A stretch of DNA of 64,000 bases from the human T2T-CHM13v2.0 reference genome, Homo sapiens (GCF_009914755.1 NC_060946.1), one strand, 5' to 3'; shown: positions 1-35,511, counted from the first letter of the stretch. The notes: generated by a model not told the origin, from the letters alone. Numbers and translations: made by a program.

Positions 1-285
1 CCCAGTAGGATTGGTAAAACCAAAAAGTCAGATTATAACAAGTGATGGTGAAGATGCGGACAAACTGGAGTTCACGTATTATCCCATTCATATAAAGTCT
101 AGAATTGGGACACATATAGAGAAATAAAGTAGATTAGTAGTTCTTTGGTTTGGGGGGAACAGGGAGATAGCAGGGTAAAAGTTAAATGGTACAGGTTCTC
201 TTTGAGGTGATAAAAATGTTCTAAAATAAACTGTGGCAATGGTTGTATATGTGAATATACTAAAAACCATCAAATTGTACACTTT

Positions 286-458
286 GCCAGGTGCAGAGGT
301 GCACATCTATAGTCCCAGGTACTTGAAAGGTTGAGGTCTGAGAATCAAGAGAGCTCAGGAGTTCAAGGCTACAGTTTGCTATAATCATGCCTATGAAGAG
401 CCACTGTAATCCAGCCTGGGCAACACAATGAAACCCTATCTCTTAAAAAAAAAAAAAA
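286..458 (+). mobile_element. FAM (fossil Alu monomer)
   Basis: Single 7SL-derived monomer with the FAM-type extra segment 'atgcctatgaagagccactgtaatccagcctgggcaaca' and an A tail. Confidence 0.7.
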
Positions 459-551
459 TCCATACACCTGAAATGGATTAACTGTGTAGTCTGTGAATTT
501 TATCTCAGTAAAGCTGTTTTTTTAAAAAAGGAAATGAAGTAGTTACACTTG

Positions 552-914
552 CGTATTACTCCATTTTCGTGCTGCTGATAAAGACATACCTGAGACTGGG
601 AAGAAAAGAGGTTTAACGGACTTACAGTTCCACATTGCTAGGGAAACCTCACAATCACAGCAGAAGGCAACGAGAAGCAAGTCGCGTCTTACATGGATGG
701 CAGCAGGCAAAGAGAGAGCTTGTGCAGGGAAACTCCCGTTTCTAAAACCATCAGCTCTCATGAGACTCATTCATTATCATGAGAATAGCACAGGAAAGAC
801 CCGCCACCCCTGTAATTCAATCACTTCCCACCGGGTTCCTCCCACAACATGTGAGAATTGTAGGAGTTACAATTCAAGATGAGACTTGGGTGGCGACACA
901 GCCAAACCATAACA
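552..914 (-). mobile_element. THE1B/THE1C-type solo LTR (ERVL-MaLR)
   Basis: Full-length match from 'cgtattactccattttcgtgctgctgataaagacatacctgagactggg' to 'gacacagccaaaccataaca'; 5-bp TSD acttg (547-551)/atttg (915-919); splits an L1M. Confidence 0.9.
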
Positions 915-1047
915 ATTTGCTATAACATGGATGAGCCCTGAAAGCACTATGCTAACTGAAAGAAGCCAGACACAAAAGACCACATATTGTATTATCCAAT
1001 TTATATGAAACGTCCAGAATGGGTAAATCCACAGAGATAGAAAGTAG

Positions 1048-2025
<978 letters not shown>

Positions 2026-2029
2026 TAAG

Positions 2030-2940
<911 letters not shown>

Positions 2941-3706
2941 CTAGACTATAAGCTAGAAATAGGAATCCAATTTATATTTACACACGAGGCAGTATTGTGT
3001 GTTAGAAAAGTAGCATGGGCTTAGGTTCAAATTCCAGAACTGCCATTTAGGTGATGAGAGCTTAACTCCTCCATGCCTAAGTTTCCTGTGGTATAAAATG
3101 AGGATCGTACCTACTAACAAATTTACTATACAGATTAAATGAGATGAAGATCTAAAATTTAACAGGTGTTCAATAGATGTTAACTCCTTTCCCTGTTTTG
3201 TTCTCAACCAGCTCGTTCAGCCCCTTGCATAGAGAAGATACTCAAACGCTCAGTAAATATTTGTAGAATTTAATTAGTACCTCACAGAGATCTACAAAAG
3301 TCAAAGTTCTAAGATAAAATATAAATGCTAGATTTAGATATAAAATATTGAGATATGCTCAGGCATTTCTCAGAAAAATATTATACTCAGATTAAATTTT
3401 AAATTAAAAAAATCTTTTATAAAATGAGTCAAATATTTAAAAAATTATTTGCTTTCCAGGTGAGTAGCAGTAAAAAGTGAAATGGTATATGTTAAAAGAC
3501 ACACTGTTCCACATCTTTGAATCAAAAGGCTTTCACAACCTGTATATCTCCATAGCTCAACTATTTGAAATTTAGGTGATATAAACAATCCATGGTGACT
3601 TTTCTTCAGCCAATATGGTGATGAACAGCACCATTATTTTAGTCAAAGCATCTGATTTTACAAGCCAACACCACCACTTACTACCAGGGTATATGACCAT
3701 AGGTTA

Positions 3707-3780
3707 TTAGGTTGGTGCAAAAGTAATTGTGGTTTTTTACTTTCAATAGCAAAACTGCAATTATTTTTTTGCCAACCTAA
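3707..3780. mobile_element. MADE1 (Hsmar1-derived mariner MITE)
   Basis: Palindromic 'ttaggttggtgcaaaagtaattg...caattatttttttgccaacctaa' flanked by TA on both sides. Confidence 0.92.
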
Positions 3781-3952
3781 TATTTATCCCGATGAGTATA
3801 ACAACAACTCTCACAAGTTAACTGTGAGGACTGAGTGACATACTACATGAGAAGCACTAACAATGCTAAGACAGTAAGAGCTCAACAAACACTAAGCATT
3901 TTTTTCTGATTTAAATATATTCAACTGATATTTTTGTAGTATTCTTACATAG

Positions 3953-10430
<6,478 letters not shown>

Positions 10431-10613
10431 CTATCTGACTTTAACACTAAGCAAATTTTAGCACTATGACATACATCAGGGTGCTGAATTCCTATGAGTT
10501 GCTTTAATCCTCTTCCCAAAAAAATTCATCAATTTGCTCTTATTCATAGTCTAAAAAAAAACTTCCCAAGGTTACTTCCTTCCATACAGCCACAGACGAA
10601 GGTTTTAACTTTA

Positions 10614-10615
10614 TA

Positions 10616-10651
<36 letters not shown>
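10614..10651 (+). repeat. (CA)n microsatellite
   Basis: Direct reading. Confidence 0.97.
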
Positions 10652-10656
<5 letters not shown>

Positions 10657-11487
10657 CTCTACAATGTAAAGCAGTCTAACTTTGATTCCCTGGGAAACTG
10701 CACTGTTTGTTCAAAAATCAAGGTAAACCTACCTAACATATGAATACCATTAGCTCCTTTAAGGTTACAATTAAAGTTGCCCAGAACTCAGTTCATTATG
10801 TTATAGAAACAGAGTATGCACATTATGGTTCTTTCTGTATGAAAAAAAGGCTGATGGCAATCTGGCCAGGAGTACACAGGGGTGAGCTGAACAGTGCCCT
10901 CAGGTACTGCAATGCTAAGAGTCTCACTGGAGTGAAGCAGCTAATAGATTTAGAGCACATCCATGTCTTTTGCCAAATGAGGCAAAATAAAGTAAAAAGT
11001 CTTTAACAAATGGAGCTATGAAAGAGCCTGAAAAGCCTGAGAGCTACACAAGAGCTCTATTACTAATATTCTTCCCTGATTAAAAAAAACAGAGCTTTGT
11101 TTTGCCTGTAACAGACACTATCAATCCTCCCAGTAACTTGAAGGCAAATATAGCCACATGACAGCTCATTAGCATTTCAGAGAAAAAAACTATGATATTT
11201 AGTGAAAAACAAAATGTGTAATAATGAAACCATAGCTCCCTATGATGACACTAGGGGCCCAGCTCACAAACTAGGCAGTCAGAACTTTGGTAACCTTATC
11301 TTTTCTAAAGCTAAATTTTCCTGCAGAAGTGCCTCAAGACCAAAGAAGAGGACAATTCCCCAGCTTTACCTCTGGCTGGATTAGGCACACTCAAGCCACA
11401 AAACATAATACAAAGAGAATGTTGCAAGTAATCAGACTTGCAATTCAAGGAAAGCACAGTAAAGCAGAATCAAAAGACTCTCTAGGT

Positions 11488-11826
11488 CAGGGGTTCCCAA
11501 CCCCCAGTCCATGGCCTGTTAGGAACCAGGCCACACAGCAGGACTGAGTAGTGGGGAGCAACTATTACGGCCTGAGCTCTGCCTCCTGTCAGATCAGCAG
11601 TGGCATTAGATTCTCATAGGCAGCATTAGATTCTCACAGGAGCACAAGCCCTACTGTAAAATACACATACAAGGGATCTAGGTTGCACCTTTCTTATGAG
11701 AATCTAATGCCTGATGATCTGAGGTGGAAGAGCTTCATCCCAAAACCTTGCCCCCCTGCCTCAGTCCATGGAAAAACTTTCTTCCACGAAACTGGTCCCT
11801 GGTGCCAAAAATGTTGGAGACCACTA
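11488..11826. mobile_element. MER1B-type hAT-Charlie MITE
   Basis: Starts 'caggggttcccaacccc', ends 'gttggagaccacta'; perfect 8-bp TSD ctctaggt (11480-11487 and 11827-11834). Confidence 0.9.
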
Positions 11827-12411
11827 CTCTAGGTGGATCATAAGATCATAAGCACAGAGCAGTTCACAGAAAGTGCACAGGACGAGGTGCTCATCTCCAG
11901 TTTTCATCCCCATGTGGTATATATAGTATTTGTCATCTGCATAGTACTTTGTATGTCCAGACTATTTTATAATCACAATTCTGGGATTATTTCATCACAA
12001 TAATCGAGTGTGACAGATTAAAATTTACTGTCCTTCTTCTAAGCATTCAGATTACAGTAGATGGGAAAAAAATCAGGATGGCAGAACAGAAAAACAGACT
12101 CTTGTAAGGTCTCAAAACCTTGTCAAAAACATGATAGAATTTCTGAATTTTAGGATTTGAAGAAATCTAAAGTGTCCAATGGTTTCCGATGCTAAGAAAC
12201 TAAAGCTCAGAAGGGTTGTAAGCAATTTGCCCAAGGTCTCCAAATAAGTAAGTGGCAAAGCCAGGAAAACCCAGACATCATGACTCCCAAGTCAGCCTTT
12301 CCATACATACAACCATAGTGCCTTTTCCAAAAGCCAATAATAAAATAGATGCGGAGGATTCTGAGCTGTCTGGCTCAGCACGTTATCTTGTCTTTCAAAA
12401 TGCTAAGTCTC

Positions 12412-13020
<609 letters not shown>

Positions 13021-13269
13021 TCAAGTCTCTCCTCATATTCACTTACCAAAGAACAAAAATATTACAAGTCCAGAGAAGTCATCACTTCTGCCGATCTGAA
13101 GGGAAGAGGAAACAAGGCAGTCCAGGCCTCAATGCTGCTGAGCAGGAAGGCTCCATGGTGTAACTTGTTCTAGATGTCTGAGGTCGATGATTACTACTTT
13201 AATTTTTAACTTGTATGTAAAACATTATATAAACTTTTTTAAAAATCACATAGGCTAAATTTATAACAA

Positions 13270-13550
13270 AAAGTTATATATGCTGTATGATTCCACTTAT
13301 ATGAGGTACCTAGAGAGGTCAAAATCATAGACACAAAGTAGAAGGGTAGTTTCCAGGGGGAAGGAGGAGGAGGGAATAGGGACTTATTTGTTTAATGGGT
13401 GTAGAGTTTCCGTTTCACAAGCTGAAAAGAGTTCTGGAGATGGATGGTGATGACAGTTGCATAACATTATGAATGTATATAATACCACTGAACTATATAC
13501 TTAAAATGATTAAGATGGTAAATTTCATGTGTATTTTAACACAATAAATG
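13270..13550 (+). mobile_element. L1MB-type 3' end
   Basis: 'tgtatgattccacttatatgaggtacctag...gagttctggagatggatggtgatgacagttgc...cttaaaaatgattaagatggtaaatt'. Confidence 0.85.
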
Positions 13551-13809
13551 AAAGTGGGGGAAAGAAAGTAATAGTGAAGACAACATGACCAGAATAACAT
13601 TTTAAAAGCATCAATTAGACAGCTAAAAGAACAGAGCTAGGTGATGGCAGGGGATGAGAGTTAGCAGAGAATGCAATTAGGAGGCTACTGGAGAAGTCTA
13701 GGAGAGAGATGAAGGTGGCTTAGCCAAGGGCAATAGTTGAGCAGAGAGATATAGTAAGACTTGGGATATATTTTAAAGCCTGAGTTAAAATTTCATGAAC
13801 ATATATCCT

Positions 13810-14065
13810 AACACAGTATTTTTAACTGCAATTCATAATACACAGGTCACAGAATCAATTTCCTAGGCCAACATCAACATCTTGCAATTAAATAAAATGG
13901 AATAAAATAGAAACGAGCAGATTGCACTGCACCTAATAAGGGTAAGTATTATTTCATGAAACTTTTGTTTTAGATATCGATATACTTACGTGTGTATTGG
14001 GTCTGAATGTAAAATACATCTTGAACGATGAACCACAGCCAAAAATGTTGAGAAACATTGCCCTA
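13810..14065. mobile_element. MER119-like hAT-Charlie fragment
   Basis: 'taagggtaagtattatttcatgaaacttttgtttt' and 'tgtattgggtctgaatgtaaaat' as recalled from consensus. Confidence 0.55.
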
Positions 14066-14579
14066 GAGACTGATAAAATGGTAGGTGGAAGTTGAGAGTA
14101 ATTATTTTTTTTTATCTCCATCAAAGTCCTTACTAGGCTCAAGTGAAACAAGCTACAACAAGTTGAATTACATACCTAATAAAATCTTATTGATCTGCCA
14201 AACAAATACATCATTTGCTCTTCAAAAAAAAAAAAAAGAAGGAAAGAAAGAACAGTACAAACAATAACCAGGCATCACTGGAATGCGAAGCACAAATTGT
14301 ATTATTTCCATCAACCATGAAGATACAAAGATTACTAAAGGAATAATGCCAATCTTCTTTAACCACTAAACCACTCTAGCCATTCAACTACTCTTAATTT
14401 TAGAAGTTAAACCCTACCAAAACACATTCATAATGGCAAACGCCCTCAGAATCTTCAGGAAAATACCTTACTCTCCCAACTGAGAAAATATGGCCTAATT
14501 CCCCTGGAATAATTCAGAGATTACATACTAAAGCTCTGAAGGATTTGTTCAAAAAGCTTCCTGCCATGAGCAATCACTG

Positions 14580-19249
<4,670 letters not shown>

Positions 19250-20102
19250 ATAACAACTTTCAAAGAAAAAAATAACTTTGAATAAAAGCTAAATCCCTTC
19301 TTTTCAAGGTTACACTTTTTAAAAAGTGTTGAGAAAATGTAATAAAAATAACAAAAGAGTGGTATGTTTGACCAGTAATAAGAAACTAATATATAAAGAA
19401 GAGGAGGAAAGAAGACGTGCAATACGCAGAGTGGTGGAAAACTTCATGAGTGGAAGATTAAATCCGATGCAGAACTTAATAAAATGTGCGCCTTACTTCA
19501 AAGGAAGTTTAAAAATGGTGTTTACAAGGGATCTTTCTGGGGTATTGGAAATGTAATACTGGAGTGGGGTAATGGTTGCACATCTCCACAAAATTACTAA
19601 AAATAAACTGTACACTTCAAACAGGTAAATTCTGTAGTATATAAATTATACCTCAAAGTTATTTTTAAAGAACTAACATTTGTTCAACAAAGAAGGAAAA
19701 ATTATATTAAGTTTATCTCACTAAACCATAAAAAGGAAGTGGCCAAGAGGAAAAGTACAGTAATTCATTCAATAGACAGAAAAATAAAAATGGAAAAATG
19801 CATAGATTAAGAAATGTTAATGTGTCCATTTCAGCCCTTGAAAGGACAGTATAGTATCTCCAGGTAATTCTGCTGCTCTTAACCAGATTTTCTTCTTTCA
19901 TAGATATATGCACAAGTCCAAAGGAGAAGGAAGACTTCAGTTTAATTGCATATCACCTAGGAAAGAGCTGAACAATTTATTCTGACCCCCAATTACTGCA
20001 TGACTGAAAGACATAGAGATGGTATCTCCCATGAGAGAAGAATTTCAAGAGAAAATTTAAAAACAGAAAATCAAATTTATAATTGTTTTAAAAGAATGTG
20101 TG

Positions 20103-20752
20103 GGCCAGGCATGGTGGCTCATGCCTGTAAATCCCAACACTTTGGGAGGCCGGGGTAGGAGAATTACTTGAGGCCAGGAGTTCAAGACCAACCCGGACAA
20201 CACAGTGAGACCTCAGTCTCTACAAAAAAAAAAAAAAAAAAATTATTTTTTTTAATTAGCCAGGCGTGGTGGCACACACCTGCAGTCCTAGCTACTCCGG
20301 AGGCTGAGGCAGAAGGATCACTCGAACCCAGGAGGTCAAGGCTACAGTGAACTGTAAATGTTCCACACTGCACTCCAGCCTGGGTAATAAATCAAGACCC
20401 TGTCTCTTAACTTAAAAAAAAAAAAAAATCTGTGGACATTTTTTTTTTCTTTTTTTTTTTTTGGAGACAGGGTCTCACTCTGTCACCCAGGCTGGAATGC
20501 AGTGATGCAATCACACCTCACTACAGCCTCTACCTCCCAGGCTCAAGCAATCCTCCCACCTCAGCCTCTCTAGCAAATGGGACTACAGGCACATGTCACC
20601 ATGCCTGGCTAATTTTTTTTGGTGTTTTTTGTAGAGACAGGATTTCACCATGTTGCCCAGGCTGGTTTCAAACTCCTGGATTCAAGCAATTCATCCACCT
20701 CAGCCGCCCAAAGTGCTGGAATTACAGGCATGAACTACCACACCCAGCCTGG
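20103..20752. mobile_element. Tail-to-tail inverted AluJ pair (20103-20428 +, 20439-20752 -)
   Basis: Poly-A and poly-T separated by 10 bp (tctgtggaca). Confidence 0.92.
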
Positions 20753-23073
20753 TAATTTCTTTACAAGCATAATGACAAGAGTCAATTCCCTCAACCAGGT
20801 GAAACAGCCAAATGGGGAATTTTCTTGGTATTTTTGAAGAAAATTAATTTGCATTGGCTCAGGGACTTTTGCAGAAGTTTCCCAAAACAGCAGTACTGTA
20901 CTTTTTTACTCCATTTGCAGATACAGAGATCAAGCAAAACTGCACCTATAAACAACCCCAATCCACACTTGCTTTGAGCTCTGAAAATATTAACCTACAC
21001 TGACCTCTCCTGCACCAACTTCAGCAAATCCTAGGTCAAGAGCCTCAACTTCCCAAAACAGCACAGGTGTCTCTAATTTCAAACCCGCCAGTCTCCACCC
21101 TGCCTTTGGCTAATCAGTAGCAAGCCCCCAAAAAAAGAAAAAAATTAACTCATATAATTATTCTTTCCTTCTCCAGAAAACAAATGAAGTAACATAAAAC
21201 ACTACAAAATTCTATTTCCTCTAAATGGCTATTATAAATAGTTCAAGACACTGAGTCACAATATTATTCACCTAGACTTGAAAAGCTGTAATATCAATGA
21301 ACTTGATATATTTCAGTAAAAGAACATACATGAAAATTTACAGTACAATGCCTAACTCCAGCAGGAATTCAATAAAAGTTGGTACCTTTCTTTACTTTCC
21401 ATTAATTTTATCACACAGTATTTCCATGGAATAGTTTATTACCCCAATATAAAAGTAGAACAATAGAAAAAAGATAATTTACTGACCACACAGATCACAC
21501 CCAGAAAATTCAGACCACTAGATGATGACAAAGGATTCATTTACAGAAGTTTAACTTTAATCTACCGTCTCCTCCTCCTTCCTAGACAGCAGCGTCAATT
21601 CCAAGGCCATGTTCCTTCTGCTATAGGAAGTGGCTACACTGTTTTTCCCTGTAGCAATGTACTAATCTCTTCTTTGTGACTGAGAGAAAGCCAGTCTCAA
21701 GAACCTGTGCTAAGTGTAGATGCAGCAAGAGTCCAGACTGACATCAACCCATAGAACCCCACACACAAGTTTACAGGATTCCTGGTTGGGGAGTTCCGTT
21801 TTGACTGTCAAGTTTACTCTGCAACTGAGCCAGGTCTCCTGTACCAATAAGCAACGGGAATCTCAACATACTTATGGTGGTAGAAAACTAGAACTACATG
21901 AACTAGCAGTAGCCTTTACCTTGACAGGAAATATTCTGACAGAAATAGTTTTGCAGAGCTGCGTGAACTGCCATCTATAGCTCTTTTTGCAGGCACCTGA
22001 CATAAGACAGATACATAAGCCAAAGCTCTATCTGGTGTACTTTTGTTCAGGCCCAGGAGCTTAAGATAGGAACAAAGCATGTTGTGTCAAATCAAACTCT
22101 AGTGGTTACAGATGGACAGATCCTGTCATCAGTAACAAAATTTACAGTTGCCAGTAATGGCCTGGCTACTGTCTAGTCAGGTCCTTTGTTGCATTTAGTC
22201 TACCATTCACACAGGCTACTGATTTTTAGAGTGATCAGAATAAGCTAGCCTACCATTACCCACCACCCTAAATTGGTTTACATAATGGCTCCAACACAAA
22301 AACTTCTGCCCTCAAGGACTGGATTAAAGAGGTAGGGGTATGTGTGGGTGGGTACATGTGTAAATTCATGGTTCTGTTCTAGGACCACCAAAATTTTACA
22401 TTGGTTATGTTGTTTCTTAGCATTCTCTACATTCTAATGAGATACTAGATGTAGTCCACAACATTAAACCACAGGACAGACCATCAGGAGGCACGATGAG
22501 TGAGACTGAAAAAGATAATGTTTCCCCAAACAATAGTCAAATCTGATCTATTCTAGGTCAGTACAATTGAAGATACTAACGACCACATTAGGAAAGGAGG
22601 GAGGGAAGAGTAAATAAATCTGGGACCTACCTTGCTTACAATTCCCACAGACAGATGAAATTCAATTCCATGCCAACCATACCCTCCGATCACTACAACA
22701 CAAACAGAAAAATAAAAGTTCATGCAATATAAACAGTTCTTCCCATTCCTAAAAGGCGTTTGGTTTCAAAGGTAAGAAGCTGTTTCTTATCTCCTTTCAA
22801 TCCTCTCCATGCACACAACAGTGTTAAGAGTTCTGTCACTGGTTAAAAAAAAAAAAAAAAAAAAGGCCCATGTAAGTGGAGTTAAATAATAGGTAACACT
22901 GATTGGGCACTTCCTATATGCTAGATACTGTTGCAAGTACTTAAATATTAAAACTAATTCTCACAACAACTCTATGAGACAAGTGTTTTTATTAACTCAT
23001 TTTATATCCTTATATCCAAATGACAATTGTCCTATACCTCTGAAAACTGCTCTTATTGGTGTTGATAAATGCC

Positions 23074-24981
<1,908 letters not shown>

Positions 24982-26667
24982 TCATGCTCTCATAGCATCT
25001 ATTTCTCTGTTAACACAGTTAAAACATTTGGTTGTCCCCAGGTTTTCTTCTTCCTTTCTCTCTTACTTGTCTGAACAAGAATCATCTTTTATACAACTTT
25101 GTATCTCGCAAGACCTAGCAGTGCCTGGCAAGTAACAGGTGCTCATTATATACTTGCTGATAGAAGGCCCAACTGACCAGAATTTACAAAGTGAATAACG
25201 ATCCATTTAAACAATCTGTTGTGTCAAAAGCTAGTGTACTTCTACATTCTCACGAATACGTCTGCTACGTAATTACACCAACAATTCATGAACAAAAAAT
25301 TAAAGTGGATTCACTAAAAACCACCAACTAGTTTTTGCTTGACAACACAACCAGGTCCTTATCCATGCCAACTAAGACATAAATGAAAGGTAAACTAATT
25401 CAGTTGATAATTTAAATATTATGGTTGGTGATCTTTCTTACTAAAACGGTGCCACAGCTTTGTATGTAGAGTAGCTAAAGGTATTTACATTGGCTTTAGT
25501 CATGGATAAAGAAGGTTACAAATTTAGAAGTCCAATACAAATCCAAAGTTTATTTTTAGAAGCTTTCCATATGGTAGGAGTTTAAGAAGTAAAACAGCAG
25601 CCTTTTCTCTGCCGAAAGCAGAGGGTAGTAGAGCGCCAAAGGAGCAAACCCTCTCCTGACTCTGTGCCTGGCACTGCTTCACGCAGAGGAAGAAATGTGT
25701 AGGGTAAGCGAGAGCCTCACTGAAAATCAGTCACCCAAGGCAACAGGCATTTTGAAAGTCTGTGCTATTTGAAGGCTTAAGTATTAATTTTATACATGCC
25801 CATGTTCATTTAAAACATTTATGGCTTGGAACTTAAAAAATGTTCTAATGTGCTAGTTTGTCCACATATTAATCGAGTCTGCCAGGTTTGAACATGCCAA
25901 GTTTAAAATACTCTCCAGATCGTTATGCAAAGGTATGAGCTCAATCTTTTAGTCTCAGGAAAAGGAATTTAGGAGAGAATGACTAAAACAATAGTCCTTC
26001 AATGAAAGCTACAACAGAAAAAGTCAACTCCTAAATAGTGATGAGTTACTTTTTAAAAATACCTGACAGATTTCTTACATTAATCTCAAATTAAGATCCT
26101 GGATTTTAGCTCAAAGTTGTCAGACAATGTTATTTTTTGGTGGTTGTTTCCCTCCCCCGCCCCTCCCCAGCCTCCTAGAGAATGGATCTTGAAATTGATT
26201 GCTACATGAGACCATCTTATATAAAGGTTGTTTTAGTCATTCACTGACTAAGCCCCTTTAGAATCCAAGTCTAACTCATTTTATATTGAAATGAATTCTA
26301 TTTTTATATGAATAGTATTACAAGCAAAATTATCTTAATCTTTTATCAGCATTAGAGAAATGCCAATAAAACCTAGAATAACTACACTTTTATAACAAGA
26401 ACCTCAGAAACTAACACATCCAGTATTTTCATTTTCAGTTGGGGAACTACAGCACAAGAGTTCAGTGATCTGATAAAAGAAAAATGAGCCAGAATCTGAT
26501 TACTAGTACAATGTATTTATTCTACTACATACTACTAAACACACTGTTTTTGAAATTACAACAGAAAAGTTTAAATATCCATTCCCTAACTGGGAAGATT
26601 TTAAAAATTAGATGTGTGTGCCCCCCCAAAATTGGAAATATTGTTCCTTAAAAACTTGGGTATTAGA

Positions 26668-32726
<6,059 letters not shown>

Positions 32727-33104
32727 CTAAATTCTAACGCTTATTCCTCACTGAACATACTATTCAGCACGATCACCATGTGCTGACTTAGGCACCAACC
32801 TAAGTGCTGATGATACAGTGATAAACAGATAAATGCAATCTGTCTGTTGTTGTCGTTGAATGAATGAGGCAAGTATGTGGTGCCATAAACCAAACAAGAA
32901 GAGACTAATCTATGACCTATCAGGAAAAGCTTCCCAGAGGAGTTACCATCTAAGTTAAATTCTGAAAAATTAAACCCCAAAACACGAATCATTTATTTTT
33001 GACCCATGTTAACCTTTATCACTTACAGATTGTAAGACCAGCAAGCAAATGCCTATTTCTTTATGAAGTAACCACTTGTCTGTAAAGGAAAAATTAGCAA
33101 ACCA

Positions 33105-33590
33105 TCACTCATTCAACAAATATTAGATACCCACCATATGCTAACATACTAGACAAAAAAGATAAAACATGGTCTCTGCTCTGATGGGGTTTATAATCTA
33201 ACAGCACAGGAAAACAAAAACAAGTAAGTAGGCAAGCCATCAAGCAGAAAACCAATTTCAAACTTCTCCAAGTTATAAAACCAGCAAAGAAGGGACTTTT
33301 GTGGGCAGAAAGTGCCAACTTTTTAGATATAGTGATAAGGAAAGTTGAAAGGACTGAAGACCAACGGATGACAGTGCAGCCGACTGAAGGGAGTGGGATG
33401 CCAGAAGAGGTGGTGAGATCAGCAAAGATACAGTATGTGTGCACCTTGTAGGTCATGGGATGAAATCTGGATATTATTCTAAGCACAATGGAAAAACCAC
33501 CGCAGGTAAGAGTTTTGAGCAGAGAAGTGATGTGATTCCATTTATGTTTTTAAGAAGATCATTCTTGTTACTCTGGAAAGAATGGATTGA
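33105..33590 (-). mobile_element. L2 fragment
   Basis: 'tcattcaacaaatatt' 3' terminus; 'ttttgagcagagaagtgatgtgattccatttatgtttttaagaagatcattct'. Confidence 0.7.
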
Positions 33591-35179
33591 TCGAGAATAA
33601 TTTTTTACCAAGAAGAATTTTAAATGAGTAAAATCAAAACATCAAAACTGATTTTGGCCAGGGAAAATCATCTCTATATTCCATTACCAACCTAAAATCT
33701 TTTAAATTGCCTTACTTAGTCCAGGCTTCATCTACAGTTTGGGTTGGGATTGTTTGTTTTAATGCTTACAACCAACATGTCATGCCCTCTGAGGAGGTTC
33801 CTGGGAAGCTAAAACAGGCCCACATGCCTGGTGGTTAGCATTCTTTTCATTCTCAAATTGCTAAAGTCAGATTAATTTTCATTTATTCATCTCCTATTCC
33901 ACAATCAGCTTCTTGATTGAAAGGAAAGGAGTAAGGGACTTCCTTGAGTGTTTCAGGAGACAATAAACTCTACGGAAAATCTGATAAGGAATGTGATTAT
34001 ATAACCTTTCTTCCTCCTGCCAACTATGTTCCAGGTGGGGACTCCACTATGAAAGCAATTCTAATACTCCTATCCAAATCTGCCAGCTCTCAGAAAGCTG
34101 CCTAAAGCAAACTCATTTAATTCTCTCTGAAAAAAAAAAAATTCTCATTCCAAAGTCTGAACAAGAATAAATTTCTAGTAGTGTTTGTAATTGATAAGGA
34201 AAGGAAAATAAATTTCACCATCAATCTCTGGGGCATGTGGCCAAATAATCTTAATAAAGAAACTTAATAAAGTTAGTTATGCTCAAAGAGATTTTACTCA
34301 GTCATTTGAAAAACAGAATGGAAGGAGTAACAGGAAACAATGCCTACATCTGTTAAATACTCATGAGCTTTACATATATTTCACTTTATCTTGACCACAC
34401 CCCAACAAGATTAAGTATATTTCCACTTTACTGATGAGGACAGAGCCCCAGGAGTTTACACTGTCTCAAGGTCACATAGCTATTAAGTAGCTTCCATGGT
34501 CCCATATGCTTTCCATTAGACAAATGTTTAAACAAAGATCTAAATTATAGAAATTCTTCCACATGACCAATGAACTAATAATAGGTAAGTTTTTGTTTGT
34601 GTGTGTGTGCATGTGTATATGCTTCATCTGGAGGCCTAATCACCAATTATAATTCTTTTCAGAGGGAAAAAGTGCTTAGGATTCCTCTTTGGAGACATCA
34701 GACCACCAGAAAGAAGCTCTGAAGACATAAGGGAGTTTGGTGGCAAAAGCTATCAGGTTATTTGTTCCTAACAAAGCCAAAGGAGCTCCTCTTTGAAGGC
34801 AGCATATAATTTCTGGGGCTAGCAGCAGTGACTTCCTAACAAAGGCTCTAGGGACTCATGTACAAAAATCATTATCAAGCTCAGGAGTGTCTTGTAAGTG
34901 ATTTGGGGTGGTTACACTCAGCAACACATACATACAAAAATAACTATTTTGTTAACAAATAAAATCAAGTAAGATAGCATACATGAAAGCACCTAACAGT
35001 GCCTAACAGAAAACAGATACACAATAGAAAATTAGTTTCTTCCACTATCTGCTCAAAGTTATTTGTATGAAAAACAAGTAACTGTGCTGGGTGAAGCCAT
35101 AACCTCCTTGCCCTCAAAGCCCAGCCAGAATGAGTTTGCATACCTGGTGTCACGTTTGCTAAGAACAACAGGTACACAA

Positions 35180-35511
<332 letters not shown>

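Noticed and set aside
22845-22864. Orphan poly-A run as a possible retro-insertion (also 14224-14237)
   Set aside because: No TSD or recognisable upstream retroposed body
25615-25645. CTCF-like motif (agcagagggtagtagagcgcc)
   Set aside because: Several mismatches to the core consensus; cannot be supported without PWM scoring or ChIP
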